Assembly (NCBI GenBank): GCA_047495785.1
Contig: JBLDXI010000015.1
Span: forward strand, 2,852,001 to 2,916,000
Direction of reading: 5' to 3'
Length of the DNA: 64,000 bases
Source of the DNA: Lepidodermella squamata
Taxonomy: Eukaryota > Animalia > Gastrotricha
The translations under genes were made by a program, and so were the position numbers. Position 1 is the first letter of the stretch. Every line of letters starts with the position of its first letter. Below the pieces are notes generated by a model, which was not told the DNA's origin, made no database searches, and saw only the letters and a list, made by a program, of their open reading frames with translations. Below are positions 1 through 13,190 of the stretch, in pieces.

Positions 1-984
1 GCTCGAAAATCTTTCTAGATTTTTCTCTTACTAAATTCTCTTATGTATTTGCTTCATTTAATTTTATTTACCATTGAGTCTCATTATTGGCTATATCCGA
101 TAAGTAACTTCGAATTGGGACTGAGGTTTCCGGAATCAAAGCTTCCGAACGTGCAAAACCAACCTCTTGAAATAATACTTTATTCAGTTTATTCGGGGAA
201 TAATACAAAGGAAGCTCCAAAATTTTGGAAATGTCTAGAAAAATCAGCAATTTCGGTTGAAAATCCCAAAAAATAAAGTAAACAAATGATTTATTTTTAA
301 TTAAGTATTTTTAATATGTCATTAATTACAGCGCGTCTCAGAAGTTGCGCAGCTATTTTTGATTTGGCAACTTTCAACTTTTTTTTATATTAACCCTACC
401 GAGAGAATATTGCGAGAGAAAAATGCCATCTTTTATCCAATTTTAACCACAGATGTAAACAATTTACCGGAGAAAACTCAGGTAACCCCGATGGTAACTG
501 GTTCGGTAATTTTCGGTATTTTACCCGGTTGGACTGAATTTCTTCGGACTTTTTTAATCCCATTAGCAAGTGACATGGCATATCGAGATTTTATTTGTAC
601 AACCATCCGCCTCTCGGCGCTCTAGGCGCGATAACTTATGCCATGTAGATTAGGTTAAAGTAGTCGATGAAATATTCATGTGGAAGTTTTTAGAAAAATC
701 TGATGAATTTATAAAACGGAGTTAGAAATGTACATATTAAAAACGAGCGTATGTAGTTAATTGGTGTCAAATGTTATCCAGTTCCTGGGGTCGATTCTGA
801 GGTTGTAAGCGGGCTTCGGTTGATTTCGAATATGCTACGCTGGGCAGCGTTTTTCAATTTCATGTGCTGTATCGGTAGACGGTGTCAGGGTCGACATGTG
901 GTCTAGATACTTGGCACTTACGAGTGAGCTTGCGAGACAGCGTTCCACACTCAAACAGCGATACCACTCTCTCGCAGTTGGCAC

Positions 985-1650
985 CGACCAAACTCGAAAA
1001 ATTACAACGTCGCCAAGATCAAGCGGTGAGAATTATTTGCCACGCTCCAATGAACGCTGATCCAGCACCGCTCAGAGTAAGCCTTGGATGGCTGGATCTC
1101 GACGGAAAGCGAAAGGTCCACCTTGCGACGCTAATATGGCGCTGCATCCACGGTGAGGCCCCGGTAGCCATTGCCAACTTTTTCGAACTACGAACAGCGC
1201 CAATGGCTTCCACCCGTAATCAAAACGCCCTGAAAGCACTTTCGAACATCCTGGTAGTGCCCAGGACTAAATCAGCAATCATGGATCGTTGTTTGGCCCA
1301 CCATGGAGCGGTGTTCTGGAATTCCCTCCCCGACCGCATCCGCACGTGCAAAACTGCCGACCAGTGCAGAAACCTGGTCTACCGTCATCTACTATCACAA
1401 CAAAAAGAACTCAACTCGAGCACCGTCGCCTGAAACCTGAAGACAAGCTTCTGTATTTTTATATTTTTATACTGATCCTACAAACTAACAATCATCATCT
1501 TTGTTTCTTTGTTGTTGAACTTGAGCTTTTTCACGAAACATTTTGTACAGAATTTTCCTAATCTCATTTCTATTTCAGCTGAGCTTTCCAACGATATTAT
1601 ATCACCTGGATGTATGGCTCATAAATAAATAAATAAATAAATAAATAAAT
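985..1650 (+). mobile_element. 5'-truncated non-LTR retrotransposon (CR1/L2-group LINE), ORF2 C-terminus plus 3' tail
   Basis: ORF 882-1433 has KLEKLQRR..AVRII, LGWLDLDGKRKVH and GAVFWNSLP, typical of the post-RT region of CR1/L2 ORF2. It ends in (TAAA)n at 1621-1650. Confidence 0.8.
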
Positions 1651-1699
1651 TATAAAGCTATCCAGCTTGTCAAGAATTGTTGTTGCCTAAAAATTGTTG

Positions 1700-1869
1700 T
1701 TACATCACTACTACACTATCTGCACTCGTAAAAGCAATTTTTGTTATTATTTGCCAATGTCCTATTCATCTGTAAACTGTCCTGCAATTACATGTTTCAC
1801 TTTCAAATTACCTCTTGTCAAGCTGCCGTCTTCTGGGCGTTAAAGCTTATAAATAAATAAATAAATAAA
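1700..1869 (+). mobile_element. second probable LINE 3'-UTR remnant ending in (TAAA)n
   Basis: Second (TAAA)n tail at 1849-1869; no ORF and the 5' boundary is approximate. Confidence 0.4.
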
Positions 1870-2109
1870 TCATTATAGAGTTTCTGAACCCCTTCCCGTG
1901 TATAGTCTTTGCTTGCGTTACTTATGGGACAAGCTGTGTGAACCTACAAATAATCTTTCAAAACTTTCGGCATGGGCTTCCAAATGATAAAATTATAACC
2001 TTTCAAATATAACTAATTTATTGCGAGAAAATGAATAATTTGAATGAAGACAATAATTGTAGAATTGTAGAATGTCAAAACGTCCTTCAGAATAAAAAAA
2101 TTGAAGAAG

Positions 2110-3878
2110 CTATAGCGATGTCCTTGGTTGCGCCGGCATAGCCTCAAGATAATTGCTCGATAAAAATGGCAATTTTGGGTTATTTATCGCCAGTATTAGA
2201 TACGGGCATTTCTTCGACCGGTTCTCCAGCGGAATCGATGTCATAGCCGTTATTCTTGCCTCGGAATTAAGTCCACTCAGAGGCAATGGTTGATTTTCTG
2301 ACCTCGAAAACTGGCCGTTAGGAGCCATCTCAAAAAGCGAAATTTCGGGCCCATTTTCGCCATTGAAGGCCACGAATAAATTGCCATCCTGGTCGAATGA
2401 AACTGCGATTGGTTTTTCTCCATTCATCGGTAAAATTTCCGAATGGACTTGAGTTACTGCCACCTGATGTCGTGATGATTTTTCGATCAAAACATAGAAA
2501 ATCCTGATAGATGAATCCAATTGATCGCAGACGGCTAGAACAGCTAATGTTACAGCTTTCCCTTCGACATTATCTCGAGCCAAATTGAAGACAGCAATTT
2601 TGTCCAACTTTGAATTTTCGATATTGATTTGTAATAATTCGGACGATCGATCAAATGACGACAAGGCAAGGATTCGGCTGTTGTTATTCTCGCACGAGGT
2701 GATGAAAATAATTTCATTCGCTTGCTCAATCGCGATAGCGTTAATTCCTTTGATCTTGCGAAGTAAGTCCAAGTGTTGGCTGCTTTGCTGGTTTTCTCGG
2801 TTCAGGAATGTTGCTGGCGCCGTAGCATAATCAGATTCTCCGGTAATAAAGCTGATCCGGGTTTTAAGCTGGTTGAAAGCCGCCGCCTTAACACGGCACC
2901 TCGTTCGTTTTCGGCAAATTTCATAGCCTTTGGATGACTCGAACAGCTGAAATTAAAATTGAATTTTTTTATTTTCGAAAATTCAATGACTGAAGGTGAA
3001 AAATTTAAAATTTTGGTTGAACTTGAAAATTTAATTTTTTTTTAATTTCAAGAAGGGCGGTTACTTACCACCAATTCTCCGTCGTCGCAAACAGCGATGA
3101 CAAGTTCCGGGAAAATGACAAACTCGACGACTCGGGCTGTCAATTCGATGGGAAAGATATTTTCACTACCGATTCCGATATGTATCGCTTCATTGGCCGT
3201 ATCGATCCAATATTTTCCCAGGAACTTGCTCAAATGAACCGGAGATATCGCCATAAGAGATCTCGGATATGGCTGTTGCAGGGAATTTCGCTCTAGTAGC
3301 TCCGCTAATCGAAGTCTGAATTGTTCGCTGTAATGCGAGATTTTTTCAAGATTTCGAGTCGATTCGATGAGCTGCTTAAATTTATCGCTATATTGGGCGT
3401 AGACCAGCCAGAACCCCTTTCCCGTGTAACCAATCGCTTCCCATTGGCCTAAAGTCACGAGGTAGTGCATAATCCGGCCAAAATCGATGATGTCTTTCTG
3501 TCGGATTTCTTCAATATCAACGTTTTCTGGCAACCTGGACGGCTGGATCCGAATTGTGTCCTGGCAAATTTCGATAGTTTTCGGGTTCAATCGACCGTAA
3601 CCGACGCCCTCGCTGTGCCAGCCTGCGTCGAGCCTCAATAGCACCTGGAAGCCCATAGATAAAATCTGGAAAATTCAATCAATTCGATGGATTTTATAAT
3701 TAATGGAAAAATTAGTTTTATATACCTCAAATTCCGTCATTGGGTCCGAATTTCGTTGATAGACATACTCTTCCAGGGTGATGTATGTCAAGAATTCGCT
3801 AACCTCCACAACATCATCACTGGCAGTGGCACGTTCAACGCTAAAGCCTTTAAATTTCTTGGGTAAGATACAAGCCAT
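2110..3878 (-). CDS. pseudokinase-like domain plus C-terminal beta-strand-rich (propeller-like) domain, paralog 1
   Basis: Exons 3878-3726, 3665-3069, 2946-2110 joined by in-frame GT-AG introns. YGRLNPKTIEI and KDIIDFGRIMHYLVTLG resemble degenerate kinase subdomains VIb and IX. ATG and TATA positions are conserved with paralog 2. Confidence 0.7.
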
Positions 3879-3929
3879 TTTGATTGAAAACAAAACTGGA
3901 TATTTTATTTTAGCTGGATTCGTTGGCTG

Positions 3930-3938
3930 TTTATATAG
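3930..3938 (-). promoter_or_regulatory. TATA box of pseudokinase paralog 1
   Basis: CTATATAAA ~55 bp upstream of the ATG. The equivalent ATATATAAA at 7036-7044 precedes paralog 2. Confidence 0.5.
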
Positions 3939-4536
3939 ACCACAGCCTCACTTTTTGCGGTTTTCCGGTTTCATTGTTAGATCAACTTCTGATAATTTTA
4001 TATCACGTTTTCATAGTCATGATTCAATGACGTGACGCAAAAACGTTTCTATTTTTTCCTCACGCGTTACAGGTACTAGTATAGGTACGTGCTTGACAAG
4101 ACGTGGAAAAGGCTAAAATAGCCTACGCGAAAAGACTAAAATAGCTGAGCACGAAGAAGAACTTCTCAACGGTGGATGCAGACGGGAATCTGAAACAACC
4201 ACGGATGAAAGTGAGTCATATGCCACCAATATCTAAACTAAACGGAAGTAATAATAAACTTTGATTCAATGCTAAATAGAGCAGCCTTATGCTACGAAGA
4301 TATAGAACACTATAAGGGAATACTCTATGGCTAATGGCTAGCCATGGAAAAATATAATTTCACCCGATCTGGAACCCCGAGTTCACCAGAATATTTAAAA
4401 AGTATGTCTTGTTGACGGGGTTAAAATTTGCCTGTTGCAGAACCTAATTTTAGATAATCAAAAGGTCGCTTTTTGGTAATTTTGTTCTTCTTCAGTTAAA
4501 TCACGGATATAAGATCGAATAGTATTCTCCTGGTGG

Positions 4537-4687
4537 GGTTCTACGACAACTGAGATCCGAAATTATAAAAAATAATTTAATTAATTAATTAATTAATTAA
4601 TTAATTTATTTATTTTATTAATTGGTCTCGGTTGTCCGTTCTCAGTTGTCGGATCTGAGATGTCATGGGCTCAGTTGTCGGCATACC
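4537..4687. mobile_element. small foldback MITE related to the 53504-54455 element
   Basis: Ends GGTTCTACGACAACTGAG and CTCAGTTGTCGGGCATACC share the CGACAACTGAG unit; internal (TTAA)n. Confidence 0.55.
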
Positions 4688-5171
4688 CTTGATGGCTTTA
4701 ATTTAAAGACAAATGAGCAAAATTTCCTACGAAATTTCGCAAAATTATTATTATTATTATTATTATTATGTTTATTTCGAAAAATTTACTTTCGTATAAA
4801 AATTAGGTAGAAAGAAAATTCGTGGTTTCAAAAGGGCACGCAGGCCGCTAACTTTGAACCAATAAGGTTCATTAAAAAATGCACCTTATTAAAAAATAAG
4901 GTGCGCCATTTCCGGGACACGCGTTATTATTGAGGTTCTCATTATTGACTACCCGGAATCCACTTCAAATTGGAAAATTTCGAAATCAACTGATTTATTG
5001 CGAGGAAAAGAATTTTGTACAATAATTGTACATTTTCTAAGGTTTCTTCTGGAATAAACAATTGAAGAACAGTGATGTTTTTGCTTGGCCTCGTGTGAAT
5101 TTTTGAGCGTTTCATAACAAAATTACACGCATTTTGATCGAACAAACTTAAACACTCAAAAAATGATCAGA

Positions 5172-6987
5172 CTATGTGTGCCGGATTACGACCAGATAAT
5201 TGCTGGATGAAACCGGCAATTTCGGGTTATTTATCGCCAATATTAGGTAAGGGCATTTTTTCGACCGAGATCCTAATAGGAGTGGATTCGAAGTCATCGC
5301 CGTTATTCTAGCCTCGACTTCAACTCCACCAAGCCGCAACGGTTCAGTTTCCGACTCCGACAACTGGCCATTTGGAGCCATCTCAAATAGCCGAATTCCA
5401 GGTCCATTTTCGCCATTGAAGGCTACAAATAAATTGCCATCATGGTCGAATGAAGCTGCCATCGGGGTTTCCCCTTTCATCGGTAACACTTCAGAATGAA
5501 CTTGGGTTACTATCAACGAATTTTGGGATGAATACAATTTCTCGATCAGAATATAGAAAATCCTGATGGACTTATTCAATAGATCGCAAACGGCTAAAAC
5601 AGCCAATGTGACAGTTGTCGCGTCGACCCTGCTTTGATCCAAGGTGAAAACAGCAATTCTGTCCAGCTTCGAATTTCCGATATTGATTTGCAATAATTCG
5701 GACGATCGATCGAACGCAACGATTCGGCTGTTGTTATTCTCGCAACAGGTGACGAAAATGATTTCATTCGCTGGTTCTATCGCGATGGCGCTTTTTCCGT
5801 TGATTCTGCGAATTAAGTCGACTGCTTCTTGACTGCTGAACTGAATGTCTCCGTCCACAAATGATGCCCGACCGTAATCACCATTTTCCGCTATTAAGCT
5901 GATCCGGGATTCAAGCTGGTTGAAAGCCGCCGCCTTAACTCGGCACCTGGTTCGTTTTCGCCAAATTTCGTAACCTTTTGATGCCTCGAACAACTGAAAT
6001 TAAAATTGTGAAACTGAAATTGACATTTTTGTTTTTTTTTCACTTTCGAAAATTCTTCAAATAATTTAAAACTTTTTGTACCTAAATTAAAATTAAAATC
6101 TTCAATTGAAATTTAAAAACTAATTAATTTTTGTTAATTAATTAAATTGATTAAAAAATGTAGGTAGGTACTCACCACTAATTCTCCATCTTCGCAAACA
6201 GCGATGAGGAGTTCCGAGAAATTAACAAAATCCACAACACGTGTTGTCAATTCGATGTTATTAAAGACATTTCCACTACCGATTCCGATAGGTATTGCCT
6301 CCTTTGCCGGATCGATCCAATATTTCCCGAGGTATTTGCTCAAATGAACCGGAGATATCGCCATAAGAGATCTTGGGAATGGCTCTTGCTGGAAATTCTC
6401 GCTTGAGTTGAGTAGATCTACGAGTCGAAGTCTGAATTTTTCGCTGTAATACGTGATTTTTTCAAGATTTCGAGTCGATTCGATGAGCTGATTGAATTTA
6501 TCGCTATATTGAGCGTAGACCAGCCATAACCCCTTACCCGTGTAACAAATCGCTTCCCATTCGCCTAAAGTCACGAGGTAGTGCATTATTCGGCCGAAAT
6601 CGATGATGTCTTTCTGTCGAATTTCTTCGTTATCAAGGTGTTCTGGTAACCTATCGCAGGGTGGCTGCTGGATTCGAATTGAGTCCTGGCAAATTTCGAC
6701 GGTTTCCGGGCTCAGTCGACCGTGACCGACGCCCCCGTTGTGCCACCCTGCGTCGAGCCTTAATAACAGCTGGAAGCCTAAAGACGTAATCTGGAAAATT
6801 CAATTCATTTTAGATTTAAAACTGTAAAAATTTGCTGTCTTACCATATACTCGGTCATTGGGTACGCATTACGTTGAAAAACATATTCTTCAAGGGTGAT
6901 GTAAGTCAAGGAATCATCACTGTCAACAATCGTTGAACCACTCTCGACGCTCAGTGTACTTTCAGTTTCGATGGGGCAGCTATCCAT
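5172..6987 (-). CDS. pseudokinase-like domain plus beta-strand-rich domain, paralog 2
   Basis: Exons 6987-6844, 6790-6176, 5993-5172. Contains HGRLSPETVEI and KDIIDFGRIMHYLVTLG. Tandem duplicate of 2110-3878, with similarity extending into the upstream DNA. Confidence 0.7.
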
Positions 6988-7379
6988 TTCAATTGAAAAT
7001 AGGGTAATTTTACAGAGCCGCGTTCCACGTTTCAGTTTATATATCCGAACTTCTTCCGGTTTCAATTTTAGATCCGCTTTTGATGATTCTTCTTCGATTT
7101 CGTGGCCGTGATTCAATGTAGTGACGCGTGACTCATATAAAATTTTCAACTCACTCACTCACTCGTTTTTTTCGTGATTTTTTTTACCACCTTAGTAATA
7201 AGTTAAATAATAAGCTAAAATAGCCTTAAGCCTCTCGAGCGCACAAAACAATGAAATGATATGTACTGACATTTCTATCGGTGGACATTAGAGCAGGTGT
7301 GGTTCTGAAACAACCATGCAGATGAAAATGAGTCATACCGATATCAAAACGGAAGAAATAACTAACTTAGGATTAAATG

Positions 7380-8012
7380 CTATAGCGTGCCCCAGTTGCG
7401 CAACCATTTTATAATTTTGCAAATTTTTGAAAAAATTAAATGGATTTTTTTTAAATTGAGCGCACTGATCATGCACAATTTTACCGAAGAAATGTTCCGG
7501 ACGAAAAACACTGAAAATCTCGACGGTATAACTAGTTTGGTAATTTTTTATTTTTATCTGCCTAGTTATGGCTAGGTTGAAATAATTAATCAAATAGTAG
7601 TCGCATATTTAATCGCTTGGATCGCTTGAGAGATATCAAATTCGGGCCGAAATTCGCCAAATTTATTTTCTAATTTGGCATTTTCTGTAAGAAATTCAAT
7701 TAATTTCTCAAAATTTAACTTATCGAGAGAGTATTTCATTTTTAATCCGCGATTTGGCCGAAGAATTAACAAATTTACCGGAGAAAATCCGGAAAACCCC
7801 GATAGTAACTGGTACGGTAAATTTCGGTATTTTACCCGGTTGGGCCCAATTTTTCCGGACTTTTTAATCCTATTAACAGTGACAAACTTGATTACCCTTC
7901 TCGTGATCATTTGAATGTTTCCAATTTGTGTCCGGCCATGAGAAGTGAATTCGTTTTAGAGTTTCTGATCCCTTTTTGCATTATATTTGCTTCGCTTATG
8001 GGACACGCTGTA
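7380..8012. mobile_element. MITE family A copy
   Basis: Ends TATAGCGTGCCCAG and ATGGGACACGCTGTA; internal TTTCGGTATTTTACCCGGTTGG core shared with the other copies. Confidence 0.7.
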
Positions 8013-8071
8013 TTTCATTTATTTTAATATATTTTACACCGGTATAAGAGATAGGCAAAATTTATACAGCT

Positions 8072-10631
8072 TCAGCTTGCAAGTGTGTCAAAAAATGTTA
8101 CAACATCAGTATGACCGTTCTGCTTAGCAACATCACGCGGCGTCGCACCGTCATTTGCCGCAATTCCGATCGCGAACGGAAATTTGCTATACAGAAATTT
8201 AACAACTGCCAGATGGCCATTCTCTGCTGCAACCCATAGCGGCGTGACGCCGTCATCGGCCTGCATTTCGATTGCCTTCGGGTACTGGTCGTACAGAAGA
8301 GTAACAACAGCTAAACACCCGCTATGAGCTGCAATTGACAGCGGAGTTACGCCGTGGTTATTCTTCACCTTGACAGCTTCCGGCCACTTTTCCAACAAAA
8401 ACTCTACTACGCTAAGGTTACCACCCTTCGCCGCGATCCATAGCGGAGTCACACCTTCATCAGCCAATGAATGAATAGATTCCGGGCAGGAATCGTAGAG
8501 AATTCGAACAATATCAATATGCCCGTTGAAAGCAGCTATCGCCAGTGGGCTAATGGCGCAATAGCCTGGAACTTTCGCGAGGTTAGCGTCACGGTCTAGT
8601 AAGCAGCGAACAACCTCGGCGTGACCGTTACGGGCTGCTGCCCACAACGGCGAGATTCCTGGTTTAGACTTGACTTCAATCAAGTTCGCGGTGGAGCTGG
8701 CCAGTAGAAACTCGACTACGTCAACATGGCCATTCTCAGCCGCTGCGAAAAGAGGGGTCCATCCCTCTACAGCAGACGCAACATCAATCGCCTCTGGGTA
8801 GCTTCGAAACAGCAGCTTAACCACGTCCAAGTGCCCATTAGATGCGGCGATGCATAACGGCGTAACGCCGTCCAAGTTTGAAATCGTCGCTAGTTTCGGG
8901 TTATTCTGCAGTAGAAATTCGACGATTTTCAGGTGCCCATTCTCAGCTGCAGACCAAAGTGGGGTGACACCGTCGTTCGCCGAAATCTCAGCACTGCCTG
9001 GGTAGATTTCGAATAGCATCTTCACGATTTCAAACCAACCTTCGTGAGCCGCAACACTCAGCGGAGTTACGCCATTGTTGTTTTTGATGTGAACAGCCGG
9101 TGGCCATTTTGCGGCTAGAAATTCGGCAATTTCATAGTTCCCAGATTTCGCAGCGATCCACAATGGGGTGACACCGTCATCGGCTCGAAGTTGCAGGGCT
9201 TGCAAGAATTTATCGTATAAAATCTTAACGATGTCTGATAAGAGAAACTTCAGTAAGAGATTGCCTAAGAAATCAGATTTGTCTTACCGAAATGACCATT
9301 CCAAGCTGCTATCGACAAAGGACTAACGCCTTGGTTGTCGACCAACTTTGTTAACTTTGGCGATAGGTTCGCCAGTAGAGTGACGACGCCAATGTGCCCT
9401 TGCCTTGCTGCGATCCATAAAGCAGTGGCGCCACTGTTTGAGGGCCTCTCAGCTCCAACAGGGTACATAGCGAAGAGGAATTCTACGACATGGACGTAAC
9501 CATTCGCTGCAGCTGCCCATATCGGGATGGCGCCATCGTTGGCAGCCAGATCTACTGCTTGGGGGTAGTGGTGGTACAGCAGCCGGACACAGTCGATATG
9601 ACCATGCCACGCAGCGATGCACAGAGGACTTACTCCTTGATTATTGGTTACCTATTAGACACCAAAGAAAAGACTTGAAAAACTCGTTAAACAAAGCTTA
9701 CCTTAGCTGATTCGGGGAATTTTTCCAGGAAGTAAGCAACTACGTCAGCTTGCCCGTTTTTCGCTGCGATCCATAGAGGACTAGCGCCATCCCCAGCTCT
9801 TCGCCTCAGCGCCTCAGGCCAAACGTCATAAAGCAGCCGAACTGTGGAAGCTTCACCGCGAAAAGCTGCGACTGAAAGAGGAGTAACCCCTTCGGCATCT
9901 CCAATCGCCACGGATCTCGGACTCTTCTGCCCTAGGAAGCTTGCTACATCAACATGGCCCAACTTCGCCGCGATTAGAAGGGGCGTGTTCCCGTTTTCAG
10001 CTGCTAGCTCTGCAGCAGCCGGGTATCGGGCGAATAAGAATTCAACAACGTCAAGATTCCCGTTTTCAGCAGCCTCGTACAAAGCCGAGGTCCCATTTTT
10101 CGCCAGAATCTCGACTTGGTCCTGCTCATTATCAGCCAGAAATGTGACGATGTCGAGATTCCCAGTTCGAGCTGCGGCCATTAACGGTGTAACCCCAGAT
10201 GCATCGGCAATCTTCGCAGATTTCGGACATTTTTCATACAAAAATTTGACAATGTCAAAGTGGCCATTTCTCGCAGCGTTCCACAGCGGCGTAGAGCCAT
10301 CGTCTGCTTGCAACTCTGCTGCATCTGGGTTGTAGCCGTAGATGATTTTCGCGGCTTCAAGCTGACCAAAACAGGCAGCGATCGACAGCGGAGTTGCGCG
10401 TTCGTCTGTTTGAAAATTTGCGCAGTTCGAGAAATTTTTCAGTAGAAATTCAACGGCGCCCAATCGACCGTGGGCGGCGGCTTTGATGAGTGCGACCTCG
10501 GCGCAGATTTCGCCAAGTTCATGCCGAGAGCCAGATACGAACTCGACAGCCTTTGCGTTTTTGTTGATCGATACAGTTGAACTGACTTGGTTCTTCTCTA
10601 TTGCTGTTATGAGCTCTTCGGGCGAGAGCAT
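8072..10631 (-). CDS. ankyrin-repeat protein (~818 aa, >20 repeats)
   Basis: Exons 10631-9702, 9651-9288, 9234-8072; repeated G.TPL..AA.NGH..VV.FL motifs. Confidence 0.9.
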
Positions 10632-10886
10632 ACTTACTGGCTGTAAAACTTTGTAATACCAGGCAGCTCAAAAAGCCTGTGCATTTTCGCATAAAATTGT
10701 AAAGAATTAACGTCATTTGCGCCTGAATAAACAGGCAGTAAAATCGACAATACTATCAGAATACCTGCTTGCTGCGTCAAAGTATTATGTAGTGCGAATT
10801 GCGAATATTTCATTTCGTCTTTATTATCTTCAGTTCATTTGCCGGTCCAAATGTTTTCGGGAAGTTCATGAGAAAAGACAGCGACA

Positions 10887-11125
10887 TACAGCGTGTCCCA
10901 TAAGTAAAGCAAGCAAAGAAAAAATACATGAGAAAGATTTGAAACTCTACAAAGAGAGAGTGAGTCACATCTCATGGCCAGCGAAATTTAAGAAAAATTC
11001 AAAAATCACGGGAATATTTTCAAGTATGTCACTTGTTAATGGGATTAAAATAGTCCGGAGAAATTCGGTCCAGCCGGGTAAAATACCTAAAATTACCGAA
11101 CCAGTCAGGGTTTCCCTGGTTTTCT
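10887..11125. mobile_element. MITE family A partial copy (reverse orientation)
   Basis: Starts TACAGCGTGTCCCATAAG; reverse complement of ~7800-8012. Confidence 0.7.
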
Positions 11126-11224
11126 GGTTTGCGTGAATACGCAAGCCCGATCAATTTATGTTATTTATGCTAAAATAAAAGAAATAACAAACAAACCTCA
11201 GGCTCTTCATGTTTCTCTTTATTT

Positions 11225-12753
11225 TTAATAAGCGTGGTTGTTTTCAGACAACTGCCACCAAACACATCCCCATTTCAAATCTTCTTTTCGCCCCGGTGCC
11301 TCCAGGACGCGAATATATCGCCCATACCAACCATCACCGAAACGGATCGTGCTCTGCTCGGTGAAGACGACAATAATACTGATCGGCTTCAACTTGTACG
11401 ATTCATCACCATCGATGATTTTGAAAGCAACCGTTTCGATCTGAAAAATTTTACCGTTGCGGTGTGGCTGTTCAAAAGCCTTTGGTGGCAACTGTATAAG
11501 CGCCCGCTGGAATGGGGCGCCGAATAAGTTGTCACCGTCAATTTTCCTTGTCGATTCGTGAGCATTATGAGGCACTAAAACTGACAAATAGCCGCGGCAA
11601 TTGTTAGGATATCGATACTTGAAGACAGCTGCATCGTTTCTATGCTGCTGTTTCAAAGCTCTGAGTTCCATAACCGCCGTCCTAACATCGTCATCATTCA
11701 CGTAATCAGTGAATTCACTGCTCTTCGAAGCAGTAAAGCTTTCAATCTTTAGGCGACTAGGTACAACAAGGGGATGGGGTTTGCTGAACGGATATTCAAA
11801 TAGAACTTCAGCTGCAGTAACGCCGAATTCACTTTGCCGATGTTTTAAATGCGAGACGATTTGTTGGTTGTTCTCGTCGTGGGCTCGAGTTACCCATTGC
11901 TGATCGTCGTAAAACCACACGGGCCGATTCCCATGAGTTTCACAAACCTCGCCCCCATCGCTCAGAATATCCTTGAACCAGTCATCAATGAGAGATGTCA
12001 AATCAACGTTGAATGATGTAGCTGTTAGATTTAGTTGAAGTTTCAGGGGATCCGCGGGTGGATTGATCCATGACTCACGCAAAAATGTGCTCCCTTCAGC
12101 AGCAGGTAGGGTATGTGATGGATTCGCCAGCAAATATCGGCGGTCGGCTAGGATTCGATAGCGGCAGTCGGGCAGAAAGAAAGCTTCACCGCAATACCGT
12201 CTGATTTGCCTGTAGAAACCAATCGCTGCGTTGTAATCAGTGAACCGCAATAGTACGGTGTCGATCGGCGTCGCATCCTCGTTGAGTCCTTTGAACCTGA
12301 TCATGTTTTCGAAAATATTTATCTTCCGCGCGTTTTCGTTGAAGATGAATAGCCTGTCGAGTTTGCTGTTCCATGTTTTGAAATGATACACGTCCCAGGC
12401 CGTCAGTTGCTCTGTATGTCGCCAGATTTTCGCTTCCTTTATTTCCAAGAATTGATAGTATCTTTGAGTACTTGCGTTGAATATCACCGAGTAAAACGCC
12501 ATCATTGGTCTGTTCGCGGCTACCCTACCGTCGGTGCCATTTACAAGGAAACCGGTTACGAATCCGGCGGCGATACTCTGAAAAGCAATACGTACATATT
12601 ATGAAAACTCGACATCAAAAAATTTACCTGCATGGGATCCGGCGATCTCAAAGTTCGAACCGCTGTCTCCCGAAATTCACTTGCTGCGTCTTGGTGATCG
12701 ATAAGATGATTAATTGGTCGATCCATACGGTAATAATCATTATTTTCTGCCAT
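11225..12753 (-). CDS. uncharacterised protein, orphan family B paralog 1 (possible N-terminal PH-like domain)
   Basis: Exons 12753-12628 and 12577-11225 join in frame. Shares FE(Y/W)PFSKPHPL, ALI..P, W.GR..R.L and WG..WW with 13191-14690. Confidence 0.8.
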
Positions 12754-13190
12754 GTCTTACGTTTCAAGTGAGCGGAACTGAGTTTTTACAGATTGGTTTG
12801 CTTGTTATTTGGCAAGCTTTAGAAAAATGATTTGTTATTCGTGATTTTAAGAGGGATTTTTCACATTTTTGATTGCTCGAACTTTTATTTCAAATCTAAC
12901 CAATCTCCCTTTACCAACATCATAGGCATATTATAAGAGACGAGACACTCACGCAAATGCCAGTCATAAGTCTGTAGGCCTAGCCTATACCAATATCGGC
13001 AGTGTGGATAAGGCAGAGTGTTTAGCCTCTTATTATTTGTCTATGACCAACATTTACATGTCTCTTGCTGAAAGTGCAAGTTAGCGAAATAAAAATCCTG
13101 AACCGGAACCTGAACCATGAACCTCAAGCAAGGGAGAATCAAAATTTAGGATAGCCCAAGCTTAATTTTTATTGATTGATATCAGTTTGA

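Larger units (their letters stand above)
327..1937. mobile_element. Tc1/mariner-type MITE (family A), split by an internal insertion at ~578-1874
   Basis: Left end TA-CAGCGCGTCTCAGAAGT and right end ATGGGACAAGCTG. The two halves match the copies at 7380-8012 and 56753-57115. Confidence 0.7.

Noticed and set aside
359-625. Similar short ORFs at 359-625, 7590-7914 and 10717-11136
   Set aside because: They are translations of MITE family A copies.
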